Assembly: GCA_035513015.1 (NCBI GenBank)
Contig: DATKCV010000124.1
Span: 1 to 64,000, forward strand
Direction: 5' to 3'
Length of the DNA stretch: 64,000 nucleotides
From: Gemmatimonadaceae bacterium
GTDB taxonomy: Bacteria; Gemmatimonadota; Gemmatimonadetes; Gemmatimonadales; Gemmatimonadaceae
Below the pieces are notes generated by a model. That model ran no database searches. It had not been told where the DNA came from and saw only the letters and a program-made list of their open reading frames with translations. Shown piece by piece: positions 19,864 to 27,785 of this stretch (position 1 is its first letter; each line of letters opens with the position of its first letter). Made by a program: the position numbers and the translations under genes.

Positions 19864-21021
19864 ATGAGCACCGAGATCGTCCCGGCGCCGCTTTCGCCAG
19901 ACCTGCCCGAGCGTTCGAGCCCCGGCCCTGGTTTCGCGCGCGGGCTTTGGCGCATCGCCGCGGCGGACGTCTCGGCGGGCAATCGCGTGCAGCTCCTCCA
20001 CGATGGGCCGGCGGCGTTCGACGTCATGATCGAGGCGATCGAGCAGGCGCGGGAGACCGTCGATCTCGAGAGTTACATCTTCAGGCACGACGAGGTCGGG
20101 CAGCGGTTCGCCGATGCGCTGCTGTCAGCCGCGAAGCGCGGGGTCGCGGTCCGGGTTCTCGTGGACTGGCTCGGTGTGCGGAGCACGCGGCGCTCGTTCT
20201 TCCGCGCGCTTCGGGAGGGCGGCGTGGTAGTATCGATCTTCAACCCGCCCGGACTCCGTCCGTGGCTGGGATTGGTGCCGCGGGATCACCGGAAGCTGCT
20301 GGTCGTGGATGCCGGCACCGGAGTCACCGGCGGTATGGGGCTGGGCGACGAGTGGCGCACCGGCGTGCACCGCAAGCGCAGGTCGAGGTGGCGCGACACA
20401 GCGGTGCGGATCGAGGGGCCGGCTGGATTGCACATGGCGCGGGCGTTCGACATGATGTGGAACCGGTCGATCCACGGCGAACGGCGCGGATCGCACCGGA
20501 TGCTGGCGCGCCCCGCGCGCGGATCCCACCTCGATCCGATCAATGCCCCGCCGGCCCTGGTCGGGATCATCGAGGGCGAGCCGCTGCGCTTCCGAGTCGC
20601 CCGCGCGCTCCAGATGCAGGCGGTGAGTGCCCAGCGGTCGATCTGGATCGCCAACGCGTACTTCGTGCCTTCGCACGCCGAGGTCGAAGCACTGACCGGA
20701 GCGGCACGCGACGGCGTCGACGTGCGGATCCTAGTGCCGTCGCGCAACGATCACCCGTGGGTGACATTGATGACGCGCCGTTACTACCGCCGGTTGCTGA
20801 TGAACGGTGTACGTATCTGGGAGTGGCAGGGCGAGATGATGCACGCCAAGACGAGCGTCGTCGACGGGCGCTGGGTTCGGGTGGGGTCGACCGACTTCAA
20901 CCCCCTCGGCATGGCCCTCAATTTCGAGCTCGACGCGGTCATCGAGGACCGGCAGCTAGGGCTCGATGCGGAGGCGATGTTCCTCACGGATCTCGAACGG
21001 TCGAAACAGGTGGTGCTCTAA
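19864..21021 (+). CDS. Phospholipase D family protein (cardiolipin-synthase-like, no TM)
   Basis: Two HKD motifs: HRKLLVVD and HAKTSVVDGRWVRVGSTDFN. Confidence 0.85.
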   Translation: MSTEIVPAPLSPDLPERSSPGPGFARGLWRIAAADVSAGNRVQLLHDGPAAFDVMIEAIEQARETVDLESYIFRHDEVGQRFADALLSAAKRGVAVRVLVDWLGVRSTRRSFFRALREGGVVVSIFNPPGLRPWLGLVPRDHRKLLVVDAGTGVTGGMGLGDEWRTGVHRKRRSRWRDTAVRIEGPAGLHMARAFDMMWNRSIHGERRGSHRMLARPARGSHLDPINAPPALVGIIEGEPLRFRVARALQMQAVSAQRSIWIANAYFVPSHAEVEALTGAARDGVDVRILVPSRNDHPWVTLMTRRYYRRLLMNGVRIWEWQGEMMHAKTSVVDGRWVRVGSTDFNPLGMALNFELDAVIEDRQLGLDAEAMFLTDLERSKQVVL

Positions 21022-21119
21022 GACCGCTTCCTGCTGAAGGATTCTTCCGCTGCGGTTTCATGGTTGTGATGCCGCACCGGAATCCGCGAACAGCCGAGAA
21101 GAAAGGCTGCACGGAGAAT

Positions 21120-21143
21120 GGGGGCCGCCGAATGGCGGCCCCC
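21120..21143. terminator. Perfect 10-bp GC stem hairpin between convergent genes
   Basis: gggggccgcc-gaat-ggcggccccc. Confidence 0.6.
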
Positions 21144-21159
21144 ATTCCCATCGATACGT

Positions 21160-24100
21160 TCAGCGCCCGTCGGGCTCGCGCTGGTCGCGTTGGTCCTCGA
21201 GGCCGACCAGGCCCTCGATGCTCTCGCCGCGGTGCACCCAGACGACCTGTCGCAACGTCTGGCCGCCAACCGTGACCGAGACCAGATACTGACCGCTGGC
21301 GACCATGCCGCCGAGGCGCTGGCCGGTGAATCCGCCGCCGCCGCCCCCGCCGCCACCCCCGCCACCGCCCCCGCCACCGCCCCCGCCACCGAAGCCCCCC
21401 CCACCCTGGCCCGGAGCCGTTTCACCCGGGCGAACGTTCACACCGGGTGGTACCTGTCCGCCGGGAACGGAAGGCTGCTGGGCCGCGGCCACCGCGGCGG
21501 CGCCGCCGCCTCCTCCTCCCCCACCACCGCCACCAAAGCCGCCGCCACCACCGCCACCGAATCCCCCGCCGCCGGGCACCGTGCCGCCACGGGCGATGAT
21601 CGTGCTGTCCCGGACCTGTGACGGGCGGAGCGGACCGGCCAGCCCGCGGAGATCCCATGTCACGCTGTGCGCTCCCGGTCCGCCGGGGCCGCGCAGACGG
21701 CGGACCGTGTCGCCGCGAATGTCGGTGATCACGATCGACGCCGAGTCGCGAGGAGCGCCGCTGGCGAGGCGATAGACGATCGATGCGCCCGTCGGTCCAC
21801 TCTCGCCGATGAACCGCTTGTGACCGCCCGAGCCCACGGTGCTGACCGTCGGCGTCTGCGGCAGGACGGGCTTCACCGCGAACAGGTGCATCCGGCTTGC
21901 AAGGACCTGCGGCGTCATTTCCTGGAGGGGAGCGACGTCGACGATCCAGATCGAGCGCCCGTGCGTCGCCGCGATCAGCTCGCGGTCGCGCGGATGGATC
22001 TTCAGGTCGTGCACCGGCACGGTCGGAAGCCCGGTCATGAACTTCTGCCAGGACCCGCCCTTGTCGAGCGAGATGTACGCGCCGACGTCCGTCCCCACGT
22101 ACAGCAGGCCCGGGTTGACCGGATCCTCGCGGATCACGTGCACGAAGTCGGGGCCGCCGCGCGGCAGATTCGACGAGATCGACCGGAAGGTCCGGCCGAA
22201 GTCGGTCGAGGTGAGCACGTACGGCGTGAAGTCGCCGTTGCGATGGTTGTCGAACGTCACGTACACCGTGGCGGTGTCGTACCGCGACGGCTCGACGCGG
22301 CTGACGTACGTTCCGGCGGGAACGCCGGGTACGTTGCGCGTCACGTTGGTCCAGTTCGCGCCGTCGTTCTTCGTGTACCAGAGACTCCCGTCATCGGCAC
22401 CCGCCCAGAGAATGCCGGGCCGGACCGGCGATTCGGCGAGGGCGACTATCGTGTGGTAGGTCTCCGCGCCGGTGGCATCGGGGCTGACCCCGCCCGTCGT
22501 CCGCGTGCTGATGCGGATCTTCACCGTGTCGGCCAGCGTGAGGTCGGGCGAGATGGGGAACATGTTGTCGCCCCGGTCCGTGCTCTTGAAGACCCGGTTG
22601 CCGGCGGCGTAGAAGACCGACGGATTGTGGGCCGAGAGAAGGAACGGGGTGGACCAGTTCCAGCGGAGGTTACGGGCCGCGGAGTCGGCGGCCATGCGGC
22701 TGCGGAGCTCGGCGATCCGCGAGCGCTGCTGCGGAGTCTCCGGCCGCGTCGTGTCCGCGCGAGCGATGATGATCGAGTCCTCGTAGAAGCCGCGGATCTG
22801 GTTCCACCCGGGCGGTCGAATGCCGCGCTGCTCGCCGGTGGAGAGGTCGCGCCGCCGCATGTTGCCGCCCTGCGACTCGTTGTAGATGATGTTCGGGTTG
22901 GTCGGATCCTGGGCCGTGAAGAAGCCGTCGCCGCCGCCGACGTTGAACCAGTTGGCGTTGGTGATCCCGCCCGCGGTCGCCCGGCTCGGCCCGCACCACG
23001 ATCCGTTGTCCTGGAGGCCGCCGCACACCCGGTAGGGGATCTGCATGTCGTAGGACACGGCGTAGAACTGCCCCAGCGCGACGGTGTTGATGTGCTCCCA
23101 CGTGCCACCCTTGTCGTACGTGACCTGGAGTCCGCCGTCGTTGCCGAGGATCATGTGCTCCGGGTCGTTCGGATTGATCCACAGCCCGTGGTGGTCCACG
23201 TGTACGCCGATCGCGCTGCGGCCGAGCGTCTTGCCGCCGTCATCGGAGTAGTTGAACTGGGTGGCGATCTGGTAGACGCGGTCGGCGTTCTTCGGATCGA
23301 CGTAGACGCCCGAGTAGTAGAAGGGGCGGTTGTTGACGCTGTTCATCCGCTCCCAGCTGCCGCCCGCGTTGGTCGAGCGATAGAGACCGCTGAGGCGCTG
23401 CTGGGCCGCCTGGCCGGTCAGCGGAATGCCGCCAGCCGACGGGTTGCCTGGCGCGTCGGCCTCGACGATCGCGTACACCACGTCGGGATTGCTCGGCGCG
23501 ACCGCCAGGCCCATCCGTCCCTTGAGCGTCTCCGGAAAGCCGTTGCCCTTGATCTCGGTCCAGGTGCGGCCACCGTCGGTGGTCTTCCAGAGGGCCGATC
23601 CGGGGCCGCCGCTGCGGAGGAAGTAGGGGCCGCGCTGGCGCTCCCACGACGCCGCGTACAGCACGTCGGGGTTCCGTGGATCGATCGCGATGTCGATGAA
23701 CCCCGCCTTGTCGCTGATGAACTTCGAGAGCGTCCAGGTTTGCCCGCCGTCGGTCGTCTTGTACAACCCGCGCTCCGGGTTGGAGCGCCAGATCGCCCCG
23801 AGTGCCGCGACCCAGACGATGTCCGGATTGGTCGGGTGCACGATGATCTTGCCGATCGCCTCGGTCTTCTCCAGCCCCATCAGCTGCCAGCTCAACCCGC
23901 CATTGGTGGACTTGTAGACGCCGCCACCGGGGGAGATCGAGTTGCGTGAGTCCTCCTCGCCCGTGCCCGCCCATATGATGTTCGGATCCGACGGCGCGAT
24001 CGCGATCTCGCCCATCGACACCACGCGCTCGTTGTCGAAGACGGGGAAGAACGAGTGGCCGTTGTTGACGGTCTTCCAGATGCCGCCGGACGCGGCGGCG

Positions 24101-24300
24101 AAGTAGAAGATCTTCGGATTCGTCGGGTGGACGGCGACGCTCGTCAGCCGGCCGCCGAAGTTGGCCGGGCCGACGCTGCGCCACTTGAACAGCGAAAGAG
24201 TCGCCGAATCGAGCTGCGGCCCCGTCTGGGCATTCGCGATCGGCACCGCCAACGTCAACAGGCCGGCGAGGGCGATCACACGGGAGATTTGGTGTTTCAT
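21160..24300 (-). CDS. BNR/sortilin-VPS10-type tandem beta-propeller protein, paralog of 15618..18800, with C-terminal poly-Gly tracts
   Basis: Start trimmed to MKHQISRVIALAGLLTLAVPIANAQ (signal peptide; cat at 24298-24300). It has many BNR motifs and is collinear with the other paralog. The C-terminal ~150 aa contain two Gly runs of more than 20 residues. Confidence 0.85.
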   Translation of the reverse strand: MKHQISRVIALAGLLTLAVPIANAQTGPQLDSATLSLFKWRSVGPANFGGRLTSVAVHPTNPKIFYFAAASGGIWKTVNNGHSFFPVFDNERVVSMGEIAIAPSDPNIIWAGTGEEDSRNSISPGGGVYKSTNGGLSWQLMGLEKTEAIGKIIVHPTNPDIVWVAALGAIWRSNPERGLYKTTDGGQTWTLSKFISDKAGFIDIAIDPRNPDVLYAASWERQRGPYFLRSGGPGSALWKTTDGGRTWTEIKGNGFPETLKGRMGLAVAPSNPDVVYAIVEADAPGNPSAGGIPLTGQAAQQRLSGLYRSTNAGGSWERMNSVNNRPFYYSGVYVDPKNADRVYQIATQFNYSDDGGKTLGRSAIGVHVDHHGLWINPNDPEHMILGNDGGLQVTYDKGGTWEHINTVALGQFYAVSYDMQIPYRVCGGLQDNGSWCGPSRATAGGITNANWFNVGGGDGFFTAQDPTNPNIIYNESQGGNMRRRDLSTGEQRGIRPPGWNQIRGFYEDSIIIARADTTRPETPQQRSRIAELRSRMAADSAARNLRWNWSTPFLLSAHNPSVFYAAGNRVFKSTDRGDNMFPISPDLTLADTVKIRISTRTTGGVSPDATGAETYHTIVALAESPVRPGILWAGADDGSLWYTKNDGANWTNVTRNVPGVPAGTYVSRVEPSRYDTATVYVTFDNHRNGDFTPYVLTSTDFGRTFRSISSNLPRGGPDFVHVIREDPVNPGLLYVGTDVGAYISLDKGGSWQKFMTGLPTVPVHDLKIHPRDRELIAATHGRSIWIVDVAPLQEMTPQVLASRMHLFAVKPVLPQTPTVSTVGSGGHKRFIGESGPTGASIVYRLASGAPRDSASIVITDIRGDTVRRLRGPGGPGAHSVTWDLRGLAGPLRPSQVRDSTIIARGGTVPGGGGFGGGGGGGFGGGGGGGGGGGAAAVAAAQQPSVPGGQVPPGVNVRPGETAPGQGGGGFGGGGGGGGGGGGGGGGGGGGFTGQRLGGMVASGQYLVSVTVGGQTLRQVVWVHRGESIEGLVGLEDQRDQREPDGR

Positions 24301-24448
24301 GGGGGGGGACTGGACTGAGGGGTGGAGGGGGCAGTGCGGTTTCTGGGGCAACACGAGTACGGGAGAGAACGGAGCTTCGTTGACGAACGGGACGAAGGGA
24401 ACGAACTGGACGACGGGGGGAACTGGACGGATGATTGAAGGGACCCAG

Positions 24449-24516
24449 ATTCGTCCAATTCGTCCAATTCGTCCAATTCGTCCAATTCGTCCAATTCGTC
24501 CAATTCGTCCAATTCG
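24449..24516. repeat. Tandem repeat (ATTCGTCCA) x 7.5 in divergent promoter region
   Basis: Seven perfect 9-mer units plus a partial unit (attcg), lying between the start of the BNR paralog (24300, -) and the PAP2 gene (24535, +). Confidence 0.95.
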
Positions 24517-24534
24517 AGCTGGAGCTAACCTATC

Positions 24535-25443
24535 GTGTTTCGTGGAATTCTAATCCTCGCCTCCGTAGTTGTGCTCGCCTCGGGCGCGCCCCCGGCCGGC
24601 GCCCAGGCGGCGGCAGGCGCGGCGGTGGGGATCCGGTCGGCCGACTCACGGCTGCACTCGACGCGTGAAGGGCGAGTCGCGGCGCGGGTGCCGGCGGCAT
24701 TCCTCTACCAGGCCGAGAGGGACCCGATTCTCCGCGGGGAGGACGGACTGCTCGCCGGTCTCTTCGTGCTCGGCGCGGTAGCGATCGCGCCGATCGACCG
24801 GCATTTCGCCGAGCGCCTTCAGAACCCGCGTACGCAGGAGAATCGCTTTCTCCGCGTTCCGGCGGAGACGTTCAACGTCGTCGCCATGCCGGGATCGCTG
24901 ATCATCGGTGGGTCGATCTACGCCTACGGCGCTATCGCCGGTGACCGCGAGGCTGCCGCGCTCGGCCTGCACGGTACGGAGGCGGTGGTCCTCGGTACGC
25001 TGGTCGCCGGTACGATCAAGGGACTCGCCGGACGCGCCCGCCCGCACGTGGACGTGACTAACCCGCGTGACTTCGCGCTCGGCCGGGGGTTCGGAGACCG
25101 GCGCTACACGTCATTTCCCTCGGGGCATGCCGTCGCCGGTTTCGCTGCGGCGACGGTGGTGTCCCGGGAGACGGCACGCTGGTGGCCCGGTACGGAGTGG
25201 GTCATCGCGCCGGTCATGTACGGCGGCGCCACGCTCGTCGGAGTGTCGCGAATGTACACGAACTTTCATTGGGCGAGCGACGTGGTGATCGGCGCGGCGA
25301 TCGGCACTCTGGCAGGCGTGATCATCGACCGCTACCACACCTCGCGCCCCGACAACTGGATCGACAGGCTGTTTCTGCCGGGCGAAGGGCCAGCAGCGGC
25401 GCAGCCGGTTCTGCTCGTGTGGTCCATTCCCATGCCGCGCTGA
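24535..25443 (+). CDS. PAP2 superfamily phosphatase (phosphatidic acid phosphatase type 2 / undecaprenyl-PP phosphatase-like)
   Basis: Signal/TM segment, then the motifs KGLAGRARP, PSGHA and SRMYTNFHWASD. Confidence 0.85.
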   Translation: MFRGILILASVVVLASGAPPAGAQAAAGAAVGIRSADSRLHSTREGRVAARVPAAFLYQAERDPILRGEDGLLAGLFVLGAVAIAPIDRHFAERLQNPRTQENRFLRVPAETFNVVAMPGSLIIGGSIYAYGAIAGDREAAALGLHGTEAVVLGTLVAGTIKGLAGRARPHVDVTNPRDFALGRGFGDRRYTSFPSGHAVAGFAAATVVSRETARWWPGTEWVIAPVMYGGATLVGVSRMYTNFHWASDVVIGAAIGTLAGVIIDRYHTSRPDNWIDRLFLPGEGPAAAQPVLLVWSIPMPR

Positions 25444-25458
25444 AACCGGGCGCGGCGC

Positions 25459-26025
25459 GTGGCGACCGGGATCTTCATCATTTCCGAGCTCGAAGGGGAG
25501 CTCCGGGAGCGCGTGCACACGATCCAGCGCCGGTTCGATCCGCGGTTGGCCGCGATCGCTCCGCCTCACATCACGATCGCCGGCTCCTCGGGCGTCGGGC
25601 CGTTGCCGCCCGACTTTCCGTCAGAGAAGATCCGCGCTGCGCTGGAGCCAATCACCGAGACGACGTCGCCGATCACCGCCGAGTTCGGACCGCCGATGCG
25701 GTTCATGCAGACGAACATCGTCGTGCTGCCACTCAGTCCGCACGGCCCGCTGCGCACGCTGCACGACCGGATCGCGACGAGCGGGCTCCCATTCCCGCCG
25801 GCGCGATTCACGTTCACGCCACACTGCACGCTGAGCCTCTATCAGACTCTGCCGCCCGAGGCGGTGCGCGAGCTGCTGGCGATCCGCATCCCCGATCCGA
25901 TCGTGATCGACCGGCTGCAGGTGTACCGGACCAACGACCCGCTCCCGTCCCGCCGCCTGCTCGAGCTGGAGTTTCGCGGCGGCAGGGAGCCGGCGCGGCA
26001 GCGGGTGATACCGGTCAAGGGATAG
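25459..26025 (+). CDS. 2H phosphoesterase (LigT/2'-5' RNA ligase-like)
   Basis: Two H-x-T motifs (PHITIAG and PHCTLSL) with appropriate spacing. Confidence 0.7.
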   Translation: MATGIFIISELEGELRERVHTIQRRFDPRLAAIAPPHITIAGSSGVGPLPPDFPSEKIRAALEPITETTSPITAEFGPPMRFMQTNIVVLPLSPHGPLRTLHDRIATSGLPFPPARFTFTPHCTLSLYQTLPPEAVRELLAIRIPDPIVIDRLQVYRTNDPLPSRRLLELEFRGGREPARQRVIPVKG

Positions 26026-26084
26026 GGGGCAGGCTGGCGGTCGTCGTCAAACGCGCGGTAGTCGTCGGCCGCGCGAGGGGGACC

Positions 26085-26672
26085 TCAGCTCCCGGTCGTC
26101 ACAGCCTTCTCGAGCGCCGCGTCCAGGTTCTGGCGGCCGCCGAGTCCCGTGTAGACCACGGTGCCCGTGGAATCGATGACCACGATGTAGGAGGTCGCCG
26201 GGACCTCGAACGCCTCGGAGAGGTCGGCGTCGCGATCGTAGAGCATGTCGTGCAGAGGCATGCGGTGCTGCGCCATGTGGCGGCGCACGCGTTCCTGCGA
26301 CTGGTTGACCGAGACGGCGATTCCGATGAAACGCACTCGGTCGCCGTACTTGTCGTGCGCGGCCCGAAGTGTGGGCTCGAGCTGGCGGCAGTTTCCACAC
26401 CAGGTGGCCCAGAACTCGAGCAGCACCGGCGTCCTGCCGATCCACTGGGCGAGGTCCGCGGGCGCGCCGTCGAGCGATTCGATCACCGCCGTCGGCGCCT
26501 TCTGTCCGACGCGGATGCCGATGTCCTGCGCACCGGCGCGGCTCGTCACTCCCGCTGCGATGAGGAGCGTGGCTGACGCGGCGAGCGCGGTCAGGAGCGC
26601 GCGTCGCGCCGGGAGAGCGGAATGGCGGCGCGGGGCCGCTGCGAACGTCGTCAGATCCTGCATGCTCGACAC
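26085..26672 (-). CDS. TlpA/ResA-like periplasmic thiol-disulfide oxidoreductase
   Basis: Signal/TM segment, thioredoxin fold, active site FWATWCGNCRQ. Confidence 0.85.
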   Translation of the reverse strand: MSSMQDLTTFAAAPRRHSALPARRALLTALAASATLLIAAGVTSRAGAQDIGIRVGQKAPTAVIESLDGAPADLAQWIGRTPVLLEFWATWCGNCRQLEPTLRAAHDKYGDRVRFIGIAVSVNQSQERVRRHMAQHRMPLHDMLYDRDADLSEAFEVPATSYIVVIDSTGTVVYTGLGGRQNLDAALEKAVTTGS

Positions 26673-26673
26673 C

Positions 26674-27381
26674 TCAGATCAGAAGCTTGCCCATCTCGAT
26701 CAGATAATATTGCGCGACACCGATCATCAGGATCCCGAAGCCGCGCTTCACCCACAGCATCCACGTGCCCGCCCGCGGCAGCCGCGCAGCCACGCCGGAG
26801 AACAGCCCCACCATGACCAGCAGCGTCGTCATGCCGAGCGAGAACGCGAACAGATAGGCGAAGCCGAGCGTGGCGCTCCCGGTAGCGGAAACCCAGGTCA
26901 ACACGGCCGCCATCACCGGCGCGCCGCAGGGTGCCGCGACCAGTCCGGACATCGCTCCCATGACGAACGCGCCGCCGACCTTCCCGCTGGTCCCCGCCGT
27001 CGCCGCCCGGTGCGCGAGCCACGCGGGCAGGCGAATCGGAATGACATCGAGCATCGCCAGGGCGGCGATCAGCAGCACGTTCGCCATCGCGAAGTAGAGC
27101 CACGGATTGGTGCTCACCGCGCCGAACATCGATCCGGTGAGCCCGGCGAACAGCCCCAGCGACGAGTAAAGCAGCGCCAGCCCGCTGACGTACGCCATCG
27201 TCAGCACCACCGGCCGCCACCGCGAGCGTGGCTCCTCCCCCACCGACGTCCCCCCGACGATCGCGACGGTGATCGGGATCATCGGGTAAATGCACGGGTT
27301 CAGGCTGGTCAGCACCCCCGCGAAGAACACCAGGGGAAGCGCCGTGACCGGGCTCGAGGAGAGCCGGGTCGCCGCGTCCAT
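26674..27381 (-). CDS. ccdA: Cytochrome c biogenesis protein CcdA (DsbD TM-domain)
   Basis: Six TM segments with the conserved Cys pair (LNPCIYP and AAPCGAP). Start trimmed to MDAATRL. The gene sits 1 bp upstream of the TlpA-like gene. Confidence 0.85.
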   Translation of the reverse strand: MDAATRLSSSPVTALPLVFFAGVLTSLNPCIYPMIPITVAIVGGTSVGEEPRSRWRPVVLTMAYVSGLALLYSSLGLFAGLTGSMFGAVSTNPWLYFAMANVLLIAALAMLDVIPIRLPAWLAHRAATAGTSGKVGGAFVMGAMSGLVAAPCGAPVMAAVLTWVSATGSATLGFAYLFAFSLGMTTLLVMVGLFSGVAARLPRAGTWMLWVKRGFGILMIGVAQYYLIEMGKLLI

Positions 27382-27785
27382 GAATGGGTCCACTGGCGAT
27401 CTATCCTCCGCGGGGCGGGCTTGGTTCCCGCGGAATTGTACACCGGTACAGCGGATCGGGTCACCCGGGGCCGCGGAGGCCATCGCGGAGGGCTTGCTAC
27501 GGACTCGTTGGCCGCGCAGCGGCCATCTACGTGCATCCGTGGCCAAATTCTCATCGCCTTTGGACTCACCCCCACCGTTCGGATGCCACGCAAACTCGAA
27601 CGATGGAGCATCGCCGCCGCCGGCACCGAAGCGCTACCGAAGCAGCCGTTCCGCGGCGGCTCGAACCCCTCGCTATTGTTCCTCTTTCCGCAGACGTCCA
27701 TGTTTAGGCACGGAGCTCCGGCTCCAGGCTCGGGACGCGAGGACGCGCCATTCGGGCGCCACGCTGTCCTGACCCCAGGCACCGC

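Noticed and set aside
18896-19867. 323-aa + strand ORF
   Set aside because: It is antisense to the fabI-like gene.
21667-23949. 760-aa + strand ORF
   Set aside because: It is antisense to BNR/sortilin gene 2.
24161-24668. Small ORFs crossing the 9-mer tandem repeat (IRPIRPIRP..., DELDELDEL..., FVQFVQFVQ...)
   Set aside because: These are artefacts of translating a simple tandem repeat in three frames. There is no flanking protein-like sequence. CRISPR was also considered and rejected because the units are contiguous with no spacers.
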